Positions 11,490 to 21,009 of a stretch of DNA of 64,000 nt are shown piece by piece. Numbering within the stretch: position 1 is the stretch's first letter; every line of letters begins with the position of its first letter. The stretch is from Naegleria gruberi (taxonomy: Eukaryota): NCBI GenBank assembly GCA_000004985.1, contig GG738846.1. One strand, written 5' to 3'. Both the position numbers and the translations under genes were made by a program. A model generated the notes under the pieces. The model was not told where the DNA came from and ran no database searches. It saw only the letters and a list, made by a program, of their open reading frames with translations.

Positions 11490-12105
11490 TGTGATGATGT
11501 TGTTATTGTTTTTATTGGACAACTAATACTATTGATGCTTAATAAATTAATGGCTGTTTGAAGATGATGAGGATTTTTAAAGGTTCATTTAATGCCTTTG
11601 TTTTTAAAAAAGATTATCTTCCGTAACTGATTTTGGCGGTTTTTTCTGTTTGCTTTTTGGCGCCAACATCATGTGTTGATAGGTTTGATAGTTTCCTTAA
11701 TTGTCCAATGTTAAATATTGGTCAAATACAACATAATAGTCTCCAATTTCTTTCAAATTTTTATCCATTAATTTAGAATGATTTTGTTGTGTCTTTGCTT
11801 GTGTTTCAGACCATCAATTTCAATTCTATTACAATCAACCAATCAATCCATTCAACAAACGTGTCTTCTTTACAAAATTGTTAGGTGAATTATGCCAATT
11901 ATTTCAAAGATGAAAACACTTGGAATCTACCTTGAACAAAAAATCCCTCAATCAAATTCCTTTCAATCCTCAATAAATTGTCCTTTTCTCTTAAAACATT
12001 CTTATTGTAACTTTTAATTGGAATTTGAATTGATTCTAAAGCGCACTCAAATTTGGATAGAAAGATGGTGATTAGAAGCGTTTACTGTGTTCGCTTGTTC
12101 TTTAA

Positions 12106-13047
12106 ATGCGCTTATTGTTGCTGCATTCTAAAAAAAACATGTCTACTCAACAACCACCATTTGTATTCTATCCAACTGCATCAAATAATAATAATATGCA
12201 ACAACCAACATTTAATCAACCTCCACAACAACAACAACCAAATGTTGTCTCCGGAGGTGTTCCACAACATCCATTCGTATACTATCCACAAGTTGTGATG
12301 GGACAAAACGGCCAACAACAATACATTCTTTCTCCTCCACCAAGATTTACCCAACCAACTATTTATACTACTCCTGTTGTGATGGATCAACAAGCTAGTA
12401 GTAGTATTCCTTTGGAAAATAATTTGCAACAAGTTGATAATCAAAATACAACAAGATCATGTTCATGGTCATCATGTAGATCTAGCAAATTCTGTAAATA
12501 CGTAAAGGAAAATAGATGGTTCACTGGTCAAATTGTAGTGACAATCCTCATGGCTATCCTTTGTATCGCTGCCATTGCAATGTATCCAATGGTTGGAGGT
12601 GTTATGGCTTTCAAGATTTTATTGTCTGTTGTCTGTTGTGTTGCTGCTTATAAGAAGAAGTATTTGGCATTGAGCTTCTTCAGTGGTTCTATTCTTGTTG
12701 ATTTACTCTTGTCCTCCTTCATTATTGGTTTGGTTGGTTCTTCCAGCCATTCTGACTATAACTATGTCAATCCTGCTCTTACTCTTCCATTCCAAATTTC
12801 ATTCCACATTCTTGAATTGACTTTCTTGGTTATCTGCCTTGTTTTAACTGCAAAGATTCACAGAGAAGTCCACTCAACAAGCGTCCCAGCTCAAGAAAAT
12901 GTTGTTCCAGTTTTGTCTACTGAAACTCCAGTTGTTGCCAATACTTCCTCCCAAGAAAACTACTCTCGTCTCCAAGATGAACAAGAATCTCAACAAGAAG
13001 CTGTTCAAAGATATTACCCAAGCTTGAACAATAACAACAACCATTAA
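12106..13047 (+). CDS. Membrane protein with a Q/P/N-rich N-terminal region and about 4 TM helices
   Basis: 313-aa ORF (alternative start MSTQQPP at 12139). The N-terminus is QQPPFVFYPTASNNNNMQQPTFNQPPQQQQPNV.... Hydrophobic segments follow: VVTILMAILCIAAIAMYPMVGGVMAF, LLSVVCCVAAY, ILVDLLLSSFIIGLVG, ISFHILELTFLVICLVLTA. Confidence 0.5.
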   Translation: MRLLLLHSKKNMSTQQPPFVFYPTASNNNNMQQPTFNQPPQQQQPNVVSGGVPQHPFVYYPQVVMGQNGQQQYILSPPPRFTQPTIYTTPVVMDQQASSSIPLENNLQQVDNQNTTRSCSWSSCRSSKFCKYVKENRWFTGQIVVTILMAILCIAAIAMYPMVGGVMAFKILLSVVCCVAAYKKKYLALSFFSGSILVDLLLSSFIIGLVGSSSHSDYNYVNPALTLPFQISFHILELTFLVICLVLTAKIHREVHSTSVPAQENVVPVLSTETPVVANTSSQENYSRLQDEQESQQEAVQRYYPSLNNNNNH

Positions 13048-13315
13048 GTTATTGTAAAAATCGAACAAAACACTACCTTATAAAATAATTTCTGTACAAA
13101 ATGTTTTAAAGTAAGAAAATAAAAACCTCGATTCCTTCTTATTGAAATTACTGCAAAAGGTTGCAAATAGTCCTTGATGGCTCAGTAACTAAACATGTGG
13201 AATTAATTTTCTTCCAAATATCTGTTCTTGTTTAATCAAAACAAATAACGGCTGTGCATGTTGTTACCAATTAATCCGACACTTTTAACCTATGAAAGAG
13301 AATAAATTAGTTTTA

Positions 13316-14074
13316 TTAGTTGGTGGCAGCAGCTGCTGGAGCTTGTTGACCTTGTGGAGCAAGATTTCTAGTCAACAATCTACTTCCAATAAAGAAAACT
13401 GAAATCATGATAGTAGATCCGTACTTTTGGAAGAAGGACAATTCATTATTAACACTCTTAACACCAACAATTCTTTCCATCTTATTTTCACCATCATAAA
13501 TCAAAGTCAAAATGAATTGTTCACGAGTAGTGAAGAGGAATTGATAAGTTCCCTTTCTAGTGGCACCAGCAGTGAAACGTCCTTGAGAAGAAGCATGGAC
13601 GACTGGAGTTTGTTGATTTGGTTGTGGCTTGTGAGTGACAAAATTGAATGGAATTTCAAAGACAACTTGGTCACCTTCTCTAGTTTCAGCAACTTCTTCT
13701 TCTTCCTCAGATTCTTCCTTCTTTCTCTTGATCATCTTCAAAGATCCAGCTTGTTCAGCTTCAGTTTGAGCAAAGAGTTTGTATTCAATATCGGAAGCAT
13801 CTTCTTCAGATCCTTGTTGAGTATATGTTCCGACCAAAATTCCATCATGAAGAGCAGAATGAGTAAAATTATACAAGCCAACAACTGGGAATAATTCTTC
13901 TTCAGTACTAGCTTCACCAATGTTAATCTCCGACACTTCAACAGACCATGCTCCTTGCATGATATTATTAAAATTAAAATCGGATGCTGACTTGGTTTCC
14001 TCTTCGGCAACACAAACAACAGCCAAACAGAGAACAAAAACGAGAGCGAGGGAGTATTTGATGAATTGGTTCAT
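13316..14074 (-). CDS. Secreted or membrane-anchored acidic protein, function unknown
   Basis: 252 aa. N-terminal signal peptide MNQFIKYSLALVFVLCLAVVCVA, an acidic block (EESEEEEEVAE) and a C-terminal hydrophobic stretch IMISVFFIGSRLL. Confidence 0.5.
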   Translation of the reverse strand: MNQFIKYSLALVFVLCLAVVCVAEEETKSASDFNFNNIMQGAWSVEVSEINIGEASTEEELFPVVGLYNFTHSALHDGILVGTYTQQGSEEDASDIEYKLFAQTEAEQAGSLKMIKRKKEESEEEEEVAETREGDQVVFEIPFNFVTHKPQPNQQTPVVHASSQGRFTAGATRKGTYQFLFTTREQFILTLIYDGENKMERIVGVKSVNNELSFFQKYGSTIMISVFFIGSRLLTRNLAPQGQQAPAAAATN

Positions 14075-14556
14075 TTTTTTCAGAGTTTCAATATTTTTTA
14101 ATTTTTTAAAGCGGATTAAAAATATTTTGTCATCAGCAACTTATCGGACATGTTTATTAACATGATGAATATTCATTGAGGATATTTGTGGAGGAATAAT
14201 GTTGAATAAACTATCGGATTGTACACGTGTGAATTCCGAAAGAATTTTACAATTAAATATTATTTTAAAGAATTTGTGGTCAAGGTAAGAAAGGGCAATA
14301 AGATTCAGTTATCTAAAGCAATTTAAATTGTTTATCACATGACAACAATTTTGAAACAAAGTAAATCTTTAAGCTCCAAAACTTCAACTGTGTATCCAAT
14401 AAACCCTTTTGAAAATCAAGAATTTTTACTCTGGTCAATTACATTATTAAACCAATTGACCACAAATTCAACTCATTGTAAATTTCTGTTTGTTGAAAAA
14501 TAATTATCTTAGATAAAAACTCATATCCCACTGCTTTATCTTATCAAAATACTGAA

Positions 14557-15645
14557 TTATTTATTGAAAATAGCACCAAGAGAATATTGGTAAACACTTC
14601 CCTTATAAAAACCTAACCAACCTTCCTTATCATAAATTTCCTTAGCACACTTGACAATATTGACACGTTCAACACTTTGTTCATCTTCTGACAAGACACC
14701 ATACTGCAATCTACGTCTCAAAATCTTTAATGGTTGAACAGTGAACCTAGAAACCAATTCAGCCATAATAAACATGATTGAATCAAGAATTTCTTCAGCT
14801 TGATCAGATCCATCAGCAACAGAATCATCTCCCAATCCAAATAATCCAAAGAAGAGTTGAAGACAACGATATGAACCAGCCAATGAAGCAAAACGAACAA
14901 CTCTTTGAATTAACTTCAAATACCAACCACGATATAAAGCTCTAAAACCTTCCTTTCTAATAATCTTATTCATACAATCAATTGAACCAGTTGGATCTCT
15001 TAAAGTTGGATGAGCAATACGATGAGAACGAGAAGCTTGCATTCTCACAAACACAGTATCCCAAGGATAAGAAAATATATCTCCTAAAAGTGAAGTTCCT
15101 TGATAAATCAATTGATAGGAAGGAATTGTTCGTTGTGTAATTAAATCTCCTCTCTTGGCCAACAAGAATTCTCTTCTCAAATCTACAGAAACTAAAACAT
15201 TACGAACAACATAGGAATGGAAGAATTTCTTCAACATTCTTGCTGGAAATCCACGGAAGAAACCAGAAATTCCTTCATTAGAGAAGAGTTTTCTAAATCC
15301 TTGAAGATGATTAGTTATTGTTGGTTCCTCCTTTTCATTTGTTGCTTCTGTTGGTTCAAGAACAACTTGGAAAGTAACAGCACGGTAGAGGAAATTAAAA
15401 ACTCTATACAAGGAGAAGGAGGCTACCAGAGATGTGCCCAAAATAATATCATATGTATTGGAAAATTCTTGTTCGGCCGATTGGAAGGAATCTGGTGGTG
15501 CACCTGTTGAACTAAGTTGTGGTGGAGGAGTTGAGAATTTTGGAACAATATCAACAACATTCATTGATGAAGTAGTAGTAGTGGAGGAAGAATCACCACC
15601 GACTGGTAATTGAATCGTCACTGATGATGAAGAATTATTGGTCAT
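14557..15645 (-). CDS. Mitochondrial carrier family (SLC25) protein
   Basis: 362 aa with the tripartite MCF architecture and signature motifs PWDTVFVRMQ, PLKILRRRLQ and GFRALYRGW. Confidence 0.8.
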   Translation of the reverse strand: MTNNSSSSVTIQLPVGGDSSSTTTTSSMNVVDIVPKFSTPPPQLSSTGAPPDSFQSAEQEFSNTYDIILGTSLVASFSLYRVFNFLYRAVTFQVVLEPTEATNEKEEPTITNHLQGFRKLFSNEGISGFFRGFPARMLKKFFHSYVVRNVLVSVDLRREFLLAKRGDLITQRTIPSYQLIYQGTSLLGDIFSYPWDTVFVRMQASRSHRIAHPTLRDPTGSIDCMNKIIRKEGFRALYRGWYLKLIQRVVRFASLAGSYRCLQLFFGLFGLGDDSVADGSDQAEEILDSIMFIMAELVSRFTVQPLKILRRRLQYGVLSEDEQSVERVNIVKCAKEIYDKEGWLGFYKGSVYQYSLGAIFNK

Positions 15646-15847
15646 ATTTTTTATATTAAAATTTTTATTGTTAATTGCAAAATGAAATAATTTGAATTTT
15701 TATTGAAGCGATAAAACGGACCATTTAGATTTTGATTGAACAAGTTGGAGTTGAATCGAGTTATTGTTGAATTAATCCTCCAATCATTTCGAGATTGATA
15801 ATTGAAAGTCAAAGTTTGAAGATGTACAAAAAGAGTGAAAAAATTTA

Positions 15848-16654
15848 TTAAGCAAAGAGTGAGGCAAATGATTGTAAACTGGTTCCTCCAAGAAGAGACG
15901 AAGCTCCATTAGTGTTTTCTCTAGTGAGGGACTTTTCTTTTGGTCCTAGGAATGAAGAACCATTACTCTCGCTTTGTAAAAGGTTCAAGTGGCTATTGTC
16001 AAGGAAGATGCCATTAGATTGTTCCTTGCATGAAGTAGTTGTTGCTGTGGCTGAGTTTGGTCCAAATAGTTCGGTAAAGTTTGACAATTCCAAGTTAGAG
16101 TAGGCTGAAGAGTCTCTCTTCTTTTCTGCATTAGTTGATTGAGAGAGTGGAAGAGACATGGAAAAATCAGCATGGAACAGTTGACTCAAACCAGAGTTTT
16201 CAGTTGGTTGAAGAGAAGTTTGAGGAATGGTTTGTTCCTTCTCCAATTTGATAAATGAATCAATGGTTTGTTGAGCTAGGTGATGATGTTCCTCTCCTTC
16301 TTTGGAAGTCTTTTTTTTCTTAGTGGATTGGGTTGTCTTTTTCTTTTTGGAAGGACTGGATTGATTCTTTCTCTTCTTTGAATCCTTTGCAGTTGTTGCT
16401 TGACTTTTTTGTGAAGTGGTAGCGCCAACACTTAGAGTAGAACTTAGGGAAGGTATTAACATTTGAGAGGTATTTGGTAAGGTGGTTGGTGTTGCATTCT
16501 GTACATTTCTCATCGAGTCCAATACATGACTCACTTGAGCAAAGGATGTTATAAAGGAATTGGTTGGTCTATTGTTTGAATTGTGGTTGTTGGCAGTAGT
16601 GAGATTGGCTTGAAGATTAGGAGCAGTTACCTTATTATTGGAAACAATGGTCAA
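15848..16654 (-). CDS. S/T/N/K-rich low-complexity open frame. It may be the C-terminal extension of the upstream gene 16635..17280, reached by an unresolved frame change.
   Basis: A 268-codon stop-free frame in AT-rich DNA is unlikely to be chance. The listed start is TTG, and the frame is open upstream to about 16735, overlapping the end of the neighbouring frame. No ATG start exists. Confidence 0.3.
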   Translation of the reverse strand: MTIVSNNKVTAPNLQANLTTANNHNSNNRPTNSFITSFAQVSHVLDSMRNVQNATPTTLPNTSQMLIPSLSSTLSVGATTSQKSQATTAKDSKKRKNQSSPSKKKKTTQSTKKKKTSKEGEEHHHLAQQTIDSFIKLEKEQTIPQTSLQPTENSGLSQLFHADFSMSLPLSQSTNAEKKRDSSAYSNLELSNFTELFGPNSATATTTSCKEQSNGIFLDNSHLNLLQSESNGSSFLGPKEKSLTRENTNGASSLLGGTSLQSFASLFA

Positions 16655-17280
16655 TGGTTGTGGAACGGCAACAACAACACCTAGATTTTGATGATTGGAC
16701 TGCCTTTTTGATTGGAGGAGGAATCATACTACTGCTTCTACCAGAACTTGGAGCATTAATCTTTGGAGGAGGTGGAGCAAATTCAAACAATGATGTTGGA
16801 GTGAGTTGACTAACTACAAAAGGTAAGGCAGGTTTATCATCACAAAACACAAAATCATATTCCATATGGAATGTATCATCATCTTGATGAACACCGGTCG
16901 ATCCTTGCTCGATCTGATAAGACAATACTTCCCTTCTAACACTAGCCATCTGTACATTGATATCGCAAAGTCCCCATCCTCTATGAGCAATACATGCAAA
17001 GGAAACCTTCTTGGGAAAGATTCTTACTTCTCTCACATTAAATTGTTTAATAATAGGTTGCCATCGTTGTTTGAGATAATCGACAACAAAGGCTGCTGTT
17101 TTAGTTTCCTTGAATTTTACTCTGGAGTTTAATGTTGTTGATGATGAATTGAAGAGACACTTACTGGATGCCTGGATTAAAGCCTAGTTGGCATATACTC
17201 TGATAGAGCGCATCGGTCCTAGGCAAGAGTTGCAGAGTAAGCTTTTTGGGCTTAAATTGCAAAGGAGCTTGCTTTTTCAT
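16635..17280 (-). CDS. Hypothetical protein of about 200 aa, in two exons
   Basis: Exon 1 is about 17280..17165 (MKKQAPLQFKPKKLTLQLLPRTDALYQSICQLGFNPGI). A 43-nt intron follows (GTAAGTGTCTC...CTCCAG, 17164..17122). Exon 2 is 17121..16635 (QVKFKETKTAAFVVDYLKQRWQPIIKQFNVREVRIFPKKVSFACIAHRGWGLCDINVQMASVRR...KSRCCCCRSTTIDHCFQ*). The listed starts at 17036 and 17379 are GTG/TTG. No family recognised. Confidence 0.5.
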
Positions 17281-17593
17281 TTTTTTTTGAAATTGTTTTA
17301 AATTTTCGTAACGGCTAGGACGCCTATTTTTATTTTTAGGAGGGTTAATGTTTTTCAAAGTTAAATTACGATCTAACAAGGTATTACGTTTTAGATTGGA
17401 ATTTGATAATGATATTACTAAGATATTTGAATAATTATTTGAAATTTATTTACGTCGTTTGGATAAAGAATGTTGATGAATATAATATATAATTGTTGTT
17501 ATTTCATTGTGCAATACAGCAAAATATCAAATACGAAATTATAATAAGAATGTATTAATTATTTATATTTTTTAATCAATCACCAATAAATAT

Positions 17594-17944
17594 TTAAAAG
17601 AAAATATAGACCATATCATAAGAAATTGTCCAAAACAAAATATATGTTAATAATCCTTGTGTAAATCCTCCAAAGATAATATTTGACCAACTTGTAAATA
17701 CTCCATCAATCGAAAATGGTTTTGGAAGTACCAATCCTATCAGCACCGATGAAATCACAACAGAAACTAAAATATAAAACAAAAATCCAGACAATCCAGA
17801 GAGTCCGAAAATTCCTGCAACAATTCCAAAAACAAGAGAGATGAAAATTTTGCACTTATATACTACATTATCATTGTGTGCGATTTTATCAAGTCCAATC
17901 TTGTCGGAAGTTGATGGTGATGGTATTGCAGCTGATGGATCCAT
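17594..17944 (-). CDS. EMC6: ER membrane protein complex subunit 6 (EMC6 / Rab5-interacting protein family)
   Basis: 116 aa with two TM helices and Gly-rich packing (FGIVAGIFGLSGLSGFLFYILVSVVISSVLIGL). Size and topology are typical of EMC6. Confidence 0.55.
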   Translation of the reverse strand: MDPSAAIPSPSTSDKIGLDKIAHNDNVVYKCKIFISLVFGIVAGIFGLSGLSGFLFYILVSVVISSVLIGLVLPKPFSIDGVFTSWSNIIFGGFTQGLLTYILFWTISYDMVYIFF

Positions 17945-18196
17945 TTTTTAATTTTGAAAATTTAAAATTTATTTGAAAAATTCCAACAACAATTAATTCA
18001 TTATTACTTGATGGATTATCTGATAGGATCTACTTGGGATTTGTTCATATCGTTTGTGGACATAAGATCATCTTCATTGCCATTAATTGTGGAATAGTAT
18101 GAGAAAGAGGTTTAGCCAAACTTACTCAATCCTTAACTTGTTAGAAAGAACGATTGCGATTATTGAGCTTACTTCAATATTACCAAGTAAATAAAA

Positions 18197-19093
18197 TTAG
18201 TCAAACCAAATGTGTTGTGCCTTTCTGTTAAATACTTCTTCTAAATGTTTTAACTGTTCTTTAGCTTGGAGAATTCTTGTTCTGGTTTGGGCAACATCTG
18301 GAGGCAAATTGTGATATCTTTCAATGAGCTTTAGCTTTGGTTCGATTTCTGTTTTGAGTTCTTGAATTCGGTCATATATTTCTATGAGTGTTGTTTGTTG
18401 CACATCCAAATTATTTGAAAGAGCGAATGCTTCATTCAATTGTTGTTGCATTCCAGAAACTTGTACTTGATATTCGTGTGATTTTCTCTTTAAATATTCA
18501 ATAGTTTCTAACCTATTTTGAAGACTATCTGTTTGTTCTCTCTCAGATATTTCCTGATCGAATTGTTGATGAATTTCATTCAAATATTGTGACTTCTTAA
18601 TTAAATCAATAGTCTTGTCTGAAATGTCAATTATTGACTTTTTCAACTGATTAGATTCATCCATTACTTTATCATAATCACTCGATAAATCATACAATGA
18701 ATCCATAAATTCCCCCTGTGAAGAATTGTTCAATTTCATCATGGCAGCAACTTTGGCCAATTCATTCACATGAAAATTATTTTCTATTTTTTCATCCTTT
18801 TTTAGTGTTGAATTAATTATATGCTCCATCCTCCTACTTTCCGATTGATACTCCAAAATCTTTTGTTTATAATTATTCTTGATGGTATTGGAGACTAAAT
18901 TTTGTTTCCGATTATGTAAAGCCAATTGGTAGAGTAAATTGATGGTTACTTCATTCTTTTCAAAAGGTGGAATATCACCATCATTAATCACTTCAAATAA
19001 CCAATCATTGATGACTTTTAATTTATTATTCAGTGAGAGGGAATTGCTTGTTGTTGAAACCTCCGAAATATTGGAGAGTGATGATTCATTCAT
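18197..19093 (-). CDS. HAUS1: HAUS augmin-like complex subunit 1 (HAUS1) homologue
   Basis: 298-aa coiled-coil protein. The N-terminus KVINDWLFEVINDGDIPPFEKNEVTINLLYQL parallels animal HAUS1 (WLKKIFGDHPIPQYEVNPRTTEIL), and the C-terminus LIERYHNLPPDVAQTRTRILQAKEQLKHLEEVF parallels LESYLDLMPNPSLAQVKIEEAKRELDSIEAEL. This rests on recalled similarity only. Confidence 0.55.
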   Translation of the reverse strand: MNESSLSNISEVSTTSNSLSLNNKLKVINDWLFEVINDGDIPPFEKNEVTINLLYQLALHNRKQNLVSNTIKNNYKQKILEYQSESRRMEHIINSTLKKDEKIENNFHVNELAKVAAMMKLNNSSQGEFMDSLYDLSSDYDKVMDESNQLKKSIIDISDKTIDLIKKSQYLNEIHQQFDQEISEREQTDSLQNRLETIEYLKRKSHEYQVQVSGMQQQLNEAFALSNNLDVQQTTLIEIYDRIQELKTEIEPKLKLIERYHNLPPDVAQTRTRILQAKEQLKHLEEVFNRKAQHIWFD

Positions 19094-19174
19094 TTTTTTC
19101 TTTTAAAAACGAAAATAAAAGGCGGCAAAATATTTCACAAACTCAAAGATCATTTATCATTGTCCATTACAATA

Positions 19175-20886
19175 CTATCGTTGTCGTCTTCCACTAGAAG
19201 CTACGTGAGCCATTATCATTGGTTTGTTATTGAAAACGATCATGTACTTGCAATCTTGGAAAACCTTGACATAAATTCTCCACAATTTGTTGTGTGTGGA
19301 AAGATCCTTCTCTGTGTAGTTTGGTGGCACTTTGAGAACAATGCAACAAGCTCCAAAGTAGAGCATGTGTTCTATCATTTGATTGGCACTATTCTTTACA
19401 ACATCGGTATCAATGACTAGATTGTTCAAAACTGTGGAAGAATCCTTCTTGTTGGACTCGGTCAAATCAAGCATGATAACAGAGGAGTGTACATTGTTTT
19501 TGGTATCACACAACCAGTCAAAGAAATCTCTTTGTTCCACTGTTGAATTGAAAGAGCTTGCAGTAAAGATATTCCTCTTTAAGAGATGCTTGGTGAATAC
19601 AGAAACATTGTGCCTAGTTAATTCATATTCTTCCTTATTAGATTCAAATATTAAAACTTCAAAATTTGTTCTAGAAATGGATTGGGCATAATAGTGCAAA
19701 ATACCAACCAAATAAGTTCCCAAAGATTTTGTGTTATCCAAAAATCTGGTTGGAAAAACTCCACTATGCATCTTGATAACTCCTCCAATAAAATTCACAA
19801 TCTCAATCGATTTATCAAATGATAGAATTTGTGATTTCAATACAGTTGAGTAGTGAGCAAGATTGGTACCAAGACGAAGTTCCTTGAGGATTGATTCTGG
19901 AAAGGTTGGTCCTGATAGAGCAGTATTGTTTCCAGTTGTGTTTGAACCTTGTATTGGTAGAGAAGGATCGTCAGATTCTAAATCTTCATCGGAAAGTTTT
20001 TTAATGGCTGAATCCAACACTTTTTGCATGTTGTTTCTAATAATTGTCAATTCATTGATTTTTTGAAGATGCAATGTTCCAATGGTAGAATTATTAGTAT
20101 TGTTATTATTATAATTATTACTAGAGGTGGAGGTATTACTAGGAAGAGAGGGTGATGAAGATGAATTTACAAATTGTGCTTCGATATCTTCCAATCGGAA
20201 TTCAGAAAACTGATCAACTAGGGAATGTTCCGCATTAGATGAACCAAAATAATTGAAAAAGGAATTTACATTATTTGTACAATTATCATTACTTAGCAAA
20301 CTGTTTAGAATATTTGATTGTGGATTATTTCCACTATTTGCCAATAATGCTTGATTATTACTAGAGGTATTAGTTGATGATGATGATGAAATATTCGAAA
20401 TATCTAGAATTTGTTTACATTTTTCAATGGAGAGAATACAATCCAAGAGACCTAAATTATGAGAGTTGGTAATTTTAGAAGAGAAGGAATGATTAATCTT
20501 CTCAACAAGTGTATCAACGGCCTCCCTATCGTCATCACTTTCATCATCACTGTAGGGATCTTGTTGAGGGCGATGAGGATGATGATTAGGTTCTTGTTGA
20601 AGTTCAACTAGTTGCTCCTCCTTTGTTCTTTCTGGTCAGGAATATCTTCAAATTGTCCACCTGATTCGTCTTCATTCCAAGCATCCTCAGATCCATAGAG
20701 AAAATCTACATCAGCATGTTGTCCAGGAGGAAGAGAAATAAAGTCATCATCAAACTCTCCGGATTGACCTCCCATCATTAAATTATTATTTGTATTATTT
20801 GATGATCCAAGAAAGAAACTATTCATCATCATACTACTGCCACCATTGGGGTTGTTGTTGGTTGTATTGAAATGGTTGTTAAACAT
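19175..20886 (-). CDS. Hypothetical N/S-rich protein. The gene model contains an unresolved frame change near 20600-20650.
   Basis: The downstream frame (ORF-track 19175..20446, listed start is TTG) is open upstream to about 20640 with no ATG. The upstream frame (20608..20967; first ATG MFNNHF at 20886) ends at 20608. The two overlap in different frames. The conserved-looking C-terminal domain is ...MIEHMLYFGACCIVLKVPPNYTEKDLSTHNKLWRIYVKVFQDCKYMIVF... Confidence 0.45.
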
Positions 20887-21009
20887 TTTTTTATTTAGAG
20901 AAAAATTATCAATTTTTTGTAACGTTTTTTTGTCTTTTGAAGTGAAAATACAAAATGATCTAATCAAGACAATTCACCACAAGTTTTTGTTTTTACAGAA
21001 AGAATCTGT

